Assembly (NCBI GenBank): GCA_934141555.1 | Contig: CAKPCK010000007.1 | Coordinates: 3,155 to 67,154, forward strand | DNA: 64,000 bases | Source: an uncultured Clostridia bacterium | GTDB lineage: Bacteria; Bacillota; Clostridia; TANB77; CAG-508 | Reading direction: 5' to 3' | Shown: one piece after another, positions 28,888 through 37,130 of the stretch | Numbering within the stretch: the stretch's first letter is position 1 | Layout: every line of letters begins with the position of its first letter | Program-made: the position numbers and the translations under genes | Notes under the pieces: generated by a model | Database searches by the model: none | The model's input: only the letters and a program-made list of their open reading frames with translations | What the model was told of the DNA's origin: nothing

Positions 28888-30414
28888 ATGTTTGAAAGAT
28901 TTATAAAAAAAGATCGTAATGAGATATTAGAATCTGTATTAGATCAAAAAGATGTAGATGAAAGAACTAAAAATCTTCTCCAGGGAATTTTATATAAAAT
29001 AGATGTATCATATAAAGATTATCAAAAAGCAAAAGTAATTCAACGAAACAAAAAAGAATATGTAGATGAAATCAACAAAAATATAAAAAGAAAATGTAAT
29101 AAAATTGTAACAGTAAGTTTCAATGAAAAAATCGAAAACGAAAAAATAAGAAAAAGCTTAGAAAAAAACAAATTTTATATTGATGAAAATCAAATAATAA
29201 CATATCCAATTGAAGAAAAAATATTATATGCAATAGAAAAAAGCATAAATAACAATAAAATAGTAAATAGCAAATATGAAATTATATCAAAACCATTATC
29301 AGACTTAATAATGACAGGTAAAAGTTTAGATAGAGTAGAAGTATTAAGAGATTTTAATGGATGGTCATGGACAACAATAAAAACAGAAATAGAAAGTATT
29401 ACTTCAAATCTTGTATATCAAGTTCTTCAAATATTGATAGGAGAAGAATTTTTAGATAATTGGAGTTTGGATACAGATGGAATAATAGATTATTATAATA
29501 TGTTTAAACAAAAAATATCTGATAAATATGGAACGGAAATTTCGCAAAAACTTTATGAAACAATAGAAAGAATTGCTATAATGAATGAAATTGAGCAAGA
29601 TATAGATTTTAAAGTTGAAAAAATACAACAATTAAATGAAATTGATATTGATATGAAAAAAAGAACAAATGTAGAATTATATATTAATGAATTGACAGAG
29701 GAAAAAAAGAAATCAGAAAAGGAAATAGCAGTAATTCAGAAAATATTAAGTTCGGAAAAAGAACTTAAAAATCAATATCAAAAAGTAAATGAAGGTGTTC
29801 CAATAGAAAAAAAAGTCTTTAGTGTAAGGGTATTAAGACAACAATTAGTTTCAAAAAAACAAGAGAATTTAAAGAATATAGAAAATATAAATTTTAAATT
29901 ATTACCATATAATTATATAGAAAGTAAAGAGAAAATAACTCAAAAGAAAAAATTATTAGAAACAATATATTATACAGAAGAAGAACAAAAAGAAGTTTAC
30001 TTAAGATTTATAAATACTTTTTTAGAATGTTTTAAACAAGAAATAAAACAATCAAATAAAGATATATTGTTAAATTTAATATATAAATTTAGATATTATA
30101 TGTTAATACCATTTAATACTCAAAATTCAATAAAAGATGTCCCAGAATTAAAAGAGGAAATAATTGAGATTGAAAAAGAATTTATGAAAATTGGAAAAAG
30201 GGAAAAAATAATATCAAAAGAAGTTCCATTTGAAGTATGGACACATATATTTGAAACAAGAATAATTGATTTAGAAGAATTATATTATAAAATTTTTACT
30301 GAATATGATAAAAAGTATTTTCAATTATTTGATGACAATATTTCAGAAGAAAAATTTATAATAAACAATATTGAAAAGAATAAGATAAATAAGAAGATAA
30401 AAATCTTCAATTAA
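28888..30414 (+). CDS. Hypothetical Lys/Glu/Ile-rich 508-aa protein
   Basis: RBS aaaggaggag. Long uninterrupted ORF tightly packed between ftsK and the beta-CASP gene. I recognise no motif. Confidence 0.55.
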   Translation: MFERFIKKDRNEILESVLDQKDVDERTKNLLQGILYKIDVSYKDYQKAKVIQRNKKEYVDEINKNIKRKCNKIVTVSFNEKIENEKIRKSLEKNKFYIDENQIITYPIEEKILYAIEKSINNNKIVNSKYEIISKPLSDLIMTGKSLDRVEVLRDFNGWSWTTIKTEIESITSNLVYQVLQILIGEEFLDNWSLDTDGIIDYYNMFKQKISDKYGTEISQKLYETIERIAIMNEIEQDIDFKVEKIQQLNEIDIDMKKRTNVELYINELTEEKKKSEKEIAVIQKILSSEKELKNQYQKVNEGVPIEKKVFSVRVLRQQLVSKKQENLKNIENINFKLLPYNYIESKEKITQKKKLLETIYYTEEEQKEVYLRFINTFLECFKQEIKQSNKDILLNLIYKFRYYMLIPFNTQNSIKDVPELKEEIIEIEKEFMKIGKREKIISKEVPFEVWTHIFETRIIDLEELYYKIFTEYDKKYFQLFDDNISEEKFIINNIEKNKINKKIKIFN

Positions 30415-30432
30415 AAAACGGAGGAATAATAA

Positions 30433-32076
30433 ATGAAAATAACTTTTTTAGGAGCTACAAAAATAGTAACAGGTTCAAATTTTTTAGTTGAAGCTGCAGG
30501 AAAGAAGTTTTTAGTTGATTGTGGACTATATCAAGGAAAAGCAGAGTTAGAAGAACAAAATTATAGAGATTTTGATTATAATCCTGCAGAAATAGATTTT
30601 ATGTTATTAACACATGCACATATAGACCATTCTGGAAGAATACCTAAATTGTATAATGATGGATTTAAAGGGCCAATATATGCACATAAAGCAACATGTG
30701 ATTTATGCCAAATAATGTTACCAGATAGTGGGCATATTCAAGAAATGGAAGCAGAGTGGAAAAATAAAAAAAGATTAAGAAAAGGTCAACCAACAAGAGG
30801 CCCACTTTATACAGCAGAAGATGCATTAAAATGTATGGAAATATTTATACCTGTAAAATATGACGAAATAATACAAGTATCTGAAAATATATATGTTAGA
30901 TTTAATGATGCCGGACATATGTTAGGCTCAAGTACAATAGAAATATGGGCAAAAGAAGATGGAAAAGAAACAAAAGCAGTATTCTCAGGAGATTTAGGAA
31001 ATAATGATATTCCACTTTTATCAGAACCAACAATGATAGATAATTGTGATTATTTAGTAATGGAATCAACATATGGAAGTAGATTACATGTAAGAAATGA
31101 TCAAAAAGCAGAATTATTCTTAAAAATAGTCTCTGAAACTATTGATAATGGAGGAACAGTAGTAATCCCATCATTTGCAGTAGGAAGAACACAAGAAATT
31201 TTATATGAAATTAATAAAATAAAAGAAAATAGGCATGATGAAGAATTTTTAAGAGAATATAGAACATTAATGAAAGTGCCAGTATATGTTGATAGTCCAC
31301 TTGCAATATCAGCAACACAAGTATTTAAAGAAAATATGGACTTATTTGAAGATGAAGTAAAAGAAGAAATGGAAAGAGGAAATAATCCATTAGAATTTCC
31401 AGGTTTAAAATTTACTCAAACAGCAGATGAATCAAAAGCATTAAATGAAAGTGATGAACCAGCAATAATTATTTCAGCAAGTGGTATGTGTGATGTAGGA
31501 AGAATAAAACACCATTTAAAACATAATATCTGGAATCCAAAAAGTACAATATTATTTGTAGGATATCAAGCACCGGGAACATTAGGATATGAAATTGTAA
31601 ATGGAGCTAAAAAGGTTACAATATTTGGAGAAGAATTTGCAGTGAATGCAAGAATTGAATATATTGAAGGATATTCTGGTCATGCTGACCAAGAATGGCT
31701 TATGAATTTTGTATACTCATTCTATAATAAACCAAAACATATATTTTTAGTACATGGTGAAGAAGAATCACAAGAAGTATTAAGAAACAAGATATTAGAA
31801 AATACAGGAATTGGGGTAACAATACCTGAATATGGTGAAACATATCAATTAGATGATGAATTAAGAATTGTAAATAGAATCAAGATAAAGAAAACATTAA
31901 CATTAAAGAATGAAGTTCTAGAAAGACTAGAAAAATTAAAAGATGAACTTGCAGATATGGAAGTTATGGTAAAAGAAGATATGACAGATGATGAATTACG
32001 AGATGAAGACATATTTAGAATAAATGAAAAAATCAAAGATTTAGAAAAACAAATTCTAAATGTAGTTGAAGGATAA
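30433..32076 (+). CDS. MBL-fold beta-CASP family ribonuclease with a C-terminal coiled-coil extension
   Basis: The HAHIDHSG metallo-beta-lactamase motif, the later D/H motifs (ESTYG, GHAD) and a CPSF-like length. Confidence 0.85.
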   Translation: MKITFLGATKIVTGSNFLVEAAGKKFLVDCGLYQGKAELEEQNYRDFDYNPAEIDFMLLTHAHIDHSGRIPKLYNDGFKGPIYAHKATCDLCQIMLPDSGHIQEMEAEWKNKKRLRKGQPTRGPLYTAEDALKCMEIFIPVKYDEIIQVSENIYVRFNDAGHMLGSSTIEIWAKEDGKETKAVFSGDLGNNDIPLLSEPTMIDNCDYLVMESTYGSRLHVRNDQKAELFLKIVSETIDNGGTVVIPSFAVGRTQEILYEINKIKENRHDEEFLREYRTLMKVPVYVDSPLAISATQVFKENMDLFEDEVKEEMERGNNPLEFPGLKFTQTADESKALNESDEPAIIISASGMCDVGRIKHHLKHNIWNPKSTILFVGYQAPGTLGYEIVNGAKKVTIFGEEFAVNARIEYIEGYSGHADQEWLMNFVYSFYNKPKHIFLVHGEEESQEVLRNKILENTGIGVTIPEYGETYQLDDELRIVNRIKIKKTLTLKNEVLERLEKLKDELADMEVMVKEDMTDDELRDEDIFRINEKIKDLEKQILNVVEG

Positions 32077-32094
32077 AATAAGGAGAAAGGAAGG

Positions 32095-34035
32095 GTGCCA
32101 GAAATTAATCTGGCATCTAATCAAAATACAATGGAAAAATATTTAAATGATGCAATAATAGGAAATAGAAAAATGCTTGCAACATTTTCAAGCAAAGGAG
32201 AAATGCTAAGATTATCATATCCAAATCATGATAATAGGCAATATTTGAAATATTTTCATACAGGAGTAAAAGTAAATGACTCAAATATAATATATTTGCA
32301 TGATGATATAAACAATACATATATACAATATTATGATAAAGATACAAATATTTTAAATACAGAAATAACAAATACATATTTTAATTTAAAAATAGTTCAA
32401 ACAGATTTTGTAACTATAAAAGAAGATGTATTAGTAAAGAAATATTCATTTATAAATGATAGTAATATAGAACAAGATATAAAATTTTTAATTCATTCAG
32501 AATTATTATCAGACCAAAATAATTTTGTAAGTGGTATGGAATTAGATAATGGAATGATTCAATTTGCCCATGATTTTTCAATGGCAACATTTGCAAAATC
32601 AGAGAAAATATTATCATGTCAGGTAAATGGAACATCAAATAATATAGGAAGCGGAATTATAGGTGGAAAAGATTATGTAGGAATGTCAAAAGATTCAAGT
32701 ATAAGTTTTGATATTGGAAAGCTTAAAGCAGGACATAGAAAAGATATTGAAATATGTATATATATTGATGAAAAACAAAAGACTATGCATGATTTTATTG
32801 ATGAGGTTGAAAGAATAAGAAAAATAGATTTTAATAAAGAATTAAATGATACAAAAGCATATTGGAAAAAATATGTAAAAGAACATGATGGATTAAAAAT
32901 AAAAGAAACACAGAATAGTTATGAAGAAAAAATATTAAATATATATAAAAGAAGTATATTATTATTTCCATTATTAATAAATGAAGAAACAGGTGGGATT
33001 ATTGCATCACCAGAAGTTGATGAAGAATTATCTCAATGTGGAAGATATGGATATTGTTGGCCAAGAGATGCAGTATTTATAACACAAGCTTTAGATATTT
33101 TAAATATGAGTAGTGAAGCAGATAAATTTTATAATAAATTTTGTAGGATGACACAAAGTAAAAATGGAATGTGGGAACAAAGATTTTACACAGATGGAAG
33201 ATTAGCACCTTGTTGGGGATATCAAGTTGATGAAACTGCAAGTGTCGTATATGGAGTGTATAATCATTATGAATATACAAAAAATGAAGAATTTTTGAAA
33301 GAAAATTTACATATGTGTGAACTAGCAATTACATTTTTGAAAAAATATGTATATGATGTATTAGAAGATACGAAAAAATATCATGTAAGTTATGATATTT
33401 GGGAAGAGAATGATAAAGGAATACATATGTATTCTTTGGCAAGTATTTTTTCATCATTTGATACTATGAAAAAAATATATAAAGCATTAGGAAAAAATGT
33501 TTCAGATTTTGAAAACAATAGATTAAAAGAAGAAAAAATAAACAAAAATATTAAAGAAATAGATGAATTAATGTTAAAAGTAAAAGAATATATTGAACAA
33601 AATTTATATGATGAAAATAGAAAATCATATGTAAGAAATACAAAAGATAGAAGAATTGATATAAGTTTACTTGGAGCAGTTTATCCATTTAATGTTTTTT
33701 CACCAAAAGAGAAGAAGATTTTAAACACAATAGAGAATATAAATTTAACACTTAGAACATATACTGGAGGATATCAAAGATATGAAAATGATGGATATAG
33801 AAATGGATCTCCATGGATAATTGCTAATTTATGGATGACATTGTATTATTTAGAAATAGGAGAAAAGAAGAAAGCTAAAGAAACATTTGACTTTGTATTA
33901 AAAACAGTTGGAAAGCATAGTTTATTAGGAGAGCAAATTGATAATTCAACATTAAAACCAAATTGGGTTATTGGATTAGGCTGGTCACATGCGATGTTTA
34001 TTATAGTTTTAGAGAAACTTTTTAATGTGAGATGA
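32095..34035 (+). CDS. Glycoside hydrolase family 15 (glucoamylase/glucodextranase-like)
   Basis: GGIIASPE....RYGYCWPRDAVF and the (alpha/alpha)6 catalytic region pattern (WEE, NLWMT). GTG start after aaggagaaagg. Confidence 0.85.
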   Translation: MPEINLASNQNTMEKYLNDAIIGNRKMLATFSSKGEMLRLSYPNHDNRQYLKYFHTGVKVNDSNIIYLHDDINNTYIQYYDKDTNILNTEITNTYFNLKIVQTDFVTIKEDVLVKKYSFINDSNIEQDIKFLIHSELLSDQNNFVSGMELDNGMIQFAHDFSMATFAKSEKILSCQVNGTSNNIGSGIIGGKDYVGMSKDSSISFDIGKLKAGHRKDIEICIYIDEKQKTMHDFIDEVERIRKIDFNKELNDTKAYWKKYVKEHDGLKIKETQNSYEEKILNIYKRSILLFPLLINEETGGIIASPEVDEELSQCGRYGYCWPRDAVFITQALDILNMSSEADKFYNKFCRMTQSKNGMWEQRFYTDGRLAPCWGYQVDETASVVYGVYNHYEYTKNEEFLKENLHMCELAITFLKKYVYDVLEDTKKYHVSYDIWEENDKGIHMYSLASIFSSFDTMKKIYKALGKNVSDFENNRLKEEKINKNIKEIDELMLKVKEYIEQNLYDENRKSYVRNTKDRRIDISLLGAVYPFNVFSPKEKKILNTIENINLTLRTYTGGYQRYENDGYRNGSPWIIANLWMTLYYLEIGEKKKAKETFDFVLKTVGKHSLLGEQIDNSTLKPNWVIGLGWSHAMFIIVLEKLFNVR

Positions 34036-34048
34036 AAGGAAAAAATAA

Positions 34049-34216
34049 ATGGAACAAAGTAAATGGGTTATTGTAAGAAGAGAAACAGGTTTTGAAAAAT
34101 TTAAAAGAAGTATAAAAAATATATTTTTTAAATTATTTAGGAAAGACAAAGATTTAAAAAAGATGAAGAATAAAGTAAAAAATAGTGGAGAAATAGTAGT
34201 AGAAATTATTTGTTAA
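34049..34216 (+). CDS. Possible small basic protein (55 aa), not in the ORF track
   Basis: ATG at 34049 preceded by aaagga. Translates as MEQSKWVIVRRETGFEKFKRSIKNIFFKLFRKDKDLKKMKNKVKNSGEIVVEIIC, with the stop at 34214-16. The only support is the RBS and the open frame. Confidence 0.3.
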   Translation: MEQSKWVIVRRETGFEKFKRSIKNIFFKLFRKDKDLKKMKNKVKNSGEIVVEIIC

Positions 34217-34247
34217 AAATAAAAAGAATATTAATAATAATAAAAAC

Positions 34248-34277
34248 ACAGCCAGCCGAAAAATTTCAGCTGGCTGT
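34248..34277. terminator. Bidirectional intrinsic terminator between the GH15/small ORF and the GC-rich minus-strand gene
   Basis: 9-bp stem acagccagc/gctggctgt with a 12-nt loop. The A-run at 34242-46 gives a U-tract for the minus transcript. tttt at 34277-80 serves the plus transcript. Confidence 0.7.
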
Positions 34278-34286
34278 TTTGGGTTT
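34277..34286. repeat. Left arm (TTTTGGGTTT) of a perfect 10-bp inverted repeat bracketing the GC-rich gene
   Basis: It is the exact reverse complement of 35483-35492. Confidence 0.6.
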
Positions 34287-34308
34287 GCTAGTGGCTTGCT
34301 CCAAAGTA

Positions 34309-35463
34309 TTACTTCAGAGCATTGACGATGGAAGAGAGGGTCTCAACCATCTTATGGTTGTGGAGCATCTCCTTGATAGAGAAGCCGATAGATTCTGCTT
34401 CTACCAGGGACTTTGCATCCTCGACAGTGAACCCTTTAGCCTCGAGAGCACGGAGCATGTCGCCATACTTGTTCAGCACCTCAACAGTGTGGGTGAGTGC
34501 AGCGACGTTGTTTTCCTGTTTGGAAGCGATGCTGGTGGAATCTTCTTCCTCGGAGGTGTTTGCCTCAGGGGTGGATTCCTTTTCCACAGCGACCTCTTCG
34601 GTGGCAGGTTCTTCAGAAGAAGCACTGTCAGAGGAAGAGACTTCTTCACAGGGGTCGGTCTCGGTGGGCGTGGGCTGTTCCTCATATTTGGGGAAGTCGT
34701 TCGGGTTGAGTCCTTTGAATGGACAGTTGCCACTGGGAATGACTTCCGGAATGGGAGAGGAGGCCTTCAGGGTGCGGATGAGCTTGCCAAGTTCAGGCGC
34801 GATGGTTACCAGGACGGCACGGGTCTGGTCTGCACATTTGACGTTCTTGAGAACATCAGAGATTTCGGCAGGCTTACCGCTCAGGAGATGCTTAGCATCT
34901 TCTTCCGTCATGTAAGACGCGGTCTGACAGGCGATATACCGGACGATGGGGTGCCAGATTTTCTTGGAAATATTATCCAGTTCGGTGGGGCAGTTGTGCA
35001 GGATGTCTGCATCAATTGCACAGAACTGGGGATGTTCCTTCTGGTAACCGTCGAACAAGTAGATAACCAGCTCGGGGATTTCATACTTGCAGATGCTTTC
35101 CTTGCCTTCTGCCTTGGCGGCAGTGAAGCCCAGAATGTTCAGAGACTTTTCCGTTTCGGAAGAGATCTCCTTGGCGGACTTGGTGTCCACATTCATCTTC
35201 AGCAGCAGGCTGAGCACAGCACTGAAATCAGCTCGCTTGTTCCGGCCATCAGCTGGATGAGCGGAGAGGAGCAGATCCAGAGCCTTCTTAAAGGACTCTG
35301 CATTGGTCTTGGGAGATGCAACAACTTCGGAAGGGGCAGCTTCGATAGCTGCGTTGTTTTCAGAAGTGGTGGAGCAGGAAGCAACCTTGGTGGCAGCTTT
35401 CTTCATCAGAGCACTCTGAAAAGCCTTCTTGTTGGCGGCGGACTTGGTGTTATTCTTGGTCAT
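34309..35463 (-). CDS. Orphan 384-aa protein of unknown family, encoded by a compositionally foreign (about 45-60% G+C) gene
   Basis: ATG preceded by ataGGAGGAaactatc. Followed by the terminator at 34248-77. About 21 of the first 30 codons end in G/C (AAG, CTG, ACC, TCC, GCC), whereas neighbouring genes use A/T-ending codons. The opposite-strand ORF translates to G/R/L-rich nonsense. Confidence 0.8.
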   Translation of the reverse strand: MTKNNTKSAANKKAFQSALMKKAATKVASCSTTSENNAAIEAAPSEVVASPKTNAESFKKALDLLLSAHPADGRNKRADFSAVLSLLLKMNVDTKSAKEISSETEKSLNILGFTAAKAEGKESICKYEIPELVIYLFDGYQKEHPQFCAIDADILHNCPTELDNISKKIWHPIVRYIACQTASYMTEEDAKHLLSGKPAEISDVLKNVKCADQTRAVLVTIAPELGKLIRTLKASSPIPEVIPSGNCPFKGLNPNDFPKYEEQPTPTETDPCEEVSSSDSASSEEPATEEVAVEKESTPEANTSEEEDSTSIASKQENNVAALTHTVEVLNKYGDMLRALEAKGFTVEDAKSLVEAESIGFSIKEMLHNHKMVETLSSIVNALK

Positions 35464-35482
35464 GATAGTTTCCTCCTATAAG

Positions 35483-35492
35483 AAACCCAAAA
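35483..35492. repeat. Right arm (AAACCCAAAA) of the 10-bp inverted repeat bracketing the GC-rich gene
   Basis: It is the exact reverse complement of 34277-34286 and lies in the 5' UTR between the promoter and the RBS. Confidence 0.6.
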
Positions 35493-35510
35493 AAAATATA
35501 CGATAAATAT

Positions 35511-35539
35511 ATTATAATATATTTTACATAATTTGTCAA
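35511..35539 (-). promoter_or_regulatory. Perfect consensus SigA-type promoter for the GC-rich gene
   Basis: On the minus strand: TTGACA (35539-35534), a 17-nt spacer aattatgtaaaatatat, then TATAAT (35516-35511). It lies about 45 nt upstream of the ATG. Confidence 0.65.
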
Positions 35540-35582
35540 CATAGGTTAAAGCGATAAAAAGTAACAAAATTTTACAAAATAC

Positions 35583-35611
35583 TTGCAAAAATTTATTGAG
35601 ATTTATATAAT
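35583..35611 (+). promoter_or_regulatory. Divergent promoter for the DUF975 gene
   Basis: TTGCAA (35583-88), 17-nt spacer, TATAAT (35606-11). Confidence 0.5.
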
Positions 35612-35662
35612 AATAATGGTATTATTTATAATATATAATTACAAAAGAAGGGAGGAATAAAA

Positions 35663-36481
35663 ATGGTAGCAACAAACATAAGAAAAGAAGCAAGAGAATC
35701 ATTAAAAGGAAAATGGGGTAAAGCAATTGCAATGCTTTTTATTGAAGCAATAATAATTGGAATAATTAGTGGAATTGAAGGAGCATTAAAAGACAATTCT
35801 ATAATAAAGCCAATAATTTCAATTTTAGAAGTTGTTATACAAGTTCCATTAGCATTTGGGTTGGTATATGCATTTATAAAATTAAAAAGAAATGAAGAAG
35901 TAAATTATTTTGATTTTATAAAAATTGGTTTTGAAAATTTTAGCAGATCTTGGGCAATATGTTTTAGAACATTAATAAAAATGATATTACCAATAATTTG
36001 CATTATTGTAGCATTAATATTAGTTGGAATAATGTTTGCTGTTGGAGGAGTTACTGGAATAGCAATGGGTGCTGGACAACAAGCATTAGGAATAATTATA
36101 TTAGCTATTGCAATATATGTTGCAGCAATAGCATATGCAGTAATTATTGGACTAAAATATGCATTAGCTACATATATAGCTTATGATAATCAAGATATGA
36201 CAGCTAAAGACATAGTTGAAAAAAGTGCTGAATTAATGGTTGGACATAGAGGAGATTTATTTGTATTAGTTTTATCATTTTTAGGATGGGCAATATTATG
36301 TTATGTTCCATTAATGTTAGCATATGCAACTATATTAATAATACCTGCAGCAATTATTTTTGGAATATGCACGGTACTTGCAATATTAGGTTTAGGAGCA
36401 TATGTACAAACATCAAAAGTATGTTTTTATGATGATGTTTTACAATTAAAATCAGAAAAAAATACAGAAATTCAAGAATAG
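35663..36481 (+). CDS. DUF975 family integral membrane protein
   Basis: The N-terminus IRKEARESLKGKWGKAIAMLFI followed by multiple TM helices is typical of DUF975. Confidence 0.8.
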   Translation: MVATNIRKEARESLKGKWGKAIAMLFIEAIIIGIISGIEGALKDNSIIKPIISILEVVIQVPLAFGLVYAFIKLKRNEEVNYFDFIKIGFENFSRSWAICFRTLIKMILPIICIIVALILVGIMFAVGGVTGIAMGAGQQALGIIILAIAIYVAAIAYAVIIGLKYALATYIAYDNQDMTAKDIVEKSAELMVGHRGDLFVLVLSFLGWAILCYVPLMLAYATILIIPAAIIFGICTVLAILGLGAYVQTSKVCFYDDVLQLKSEKNTEIQE

Positions 36482-36491
36482 AAAATAGAAT

Positions 36492-36520
36492 GGGATGAGC
36501 TAAATCATCTCATTTTTTTC
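36492..36520 (+). terminator. Intrinsic terminator after the DUF975 gene
   Basis: Stem gggatga/tcatctc (one G-U) followed by attttttt. Confidence 0.5.
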
Positions 36521-36537
36521 TTATTTTAAATTTTCTA

Positions 36538-36566
36538 TTGAAAGTTTTTGAATATTGTTATATAAT
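36538..36566 (+). promoter_or_regulatory. Promoter for yqeG
   Basis: TTGAAA (36538-43), 17-nt spacer, TATAAT (36561-66). This places the ORF-track ATG at 36555 upstream of the transcription start. Confidence 0.5.
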
Positions 36567-36593
36567 TTGAAAAAAAGTACAAGGAGAAAAAAA

Positions 36594-37106
36594 TTGATAC
36601 TATATCCAAAAGCATATTTTAACAATGTAAAAGAAATATCAATAGAATTTTTAAAAAAGAATAATATAAAAGCATTAATATTAGATGTAGACAATACACT
36701 CATAGATTATGATAGAAACATGCCAGATGGAATTGTAGAATGGGTAGAACAACTAAAATATGATGGAATAAAATTTTACATTGTATCAAACACAAATAAA
36801 AAAGATAAAGTTGAACAAGTATCACAAAAACTAAAAATAAAATATAATTATTTTGCAAAAAAACCATTAAAAACAGGACTATTAAAAGCACAAAAGGAAT
36901 TACAAGAAAAGCCAGAAAATGTTGCAGTAGTAGGAGACCAAATCTTTACAGATGTATTAGGGGGAAATAGATGCAAAATGTTTACAATCTTGATAGAACC
37001 AATAGCTGAAAAAGATATATGGCTAACAAAAGTAAAAAGACCAATAGAGATATTTATAAAGAAAAAATATTTTAAGAAAATAAACAAAGGAGGAGATATG
37101 GAATAG
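36594..37106 (+). CDS. yqeG: YqeG-family HAD-IIIA phosphatase
   Basis: ALILDVDNTLI, YIVSNT, KKPL, VGDQIFTDVLGGN. TTG start at 36594, 7 nt after AAGGAG. Confidence 0.85.
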   Translation: MILYPKAYFNNVKEISIEFLKKNNIKALILDVDNTLIDYDRNMPDGIVEWVEQLKYDGIKFYIVSNTNKKDKVEQVSQKLKIKYNYFAKKPLKTGLLKAQKELQEKPENVAVVGDQIFTDVLGGNRCKMFTILIEPIAEKDIWLTKVKRPIEIFIKKKYFKKINKGGDME

Positions 37107-37130
37107 TTTGATCTATCCATACAATAAGAA

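Noticed and set aside
34210-35481. 423-aa plus-strand ORF covering the whole GC-rich segment, plus the nested ORFs 34322-34915 (+), 34473-34733 (-), 34497-34709 (+) and 35199-35384 (-)
   Set aside because: These are mirror or shadow ORFs, as expected in GC-rich DNA. The translation is Gly/Arg/Leu-rich nonsense. The ORF starts in AT-rich DNA without an RBS and runs straight through the terminator hairpin. The minus-strand ORF has the RBS, promoter, terminator and a coherent codon bias.
36555-36593. N-terminal extension of yqeG from the ATG at 36555
   Set aside because: That ATG lies inside the spacer of the predicted promoter (-35 box at 36538-43, -10 box at 36561-66). A TTG at 36594 follows AAGGAG at ideal spacing.
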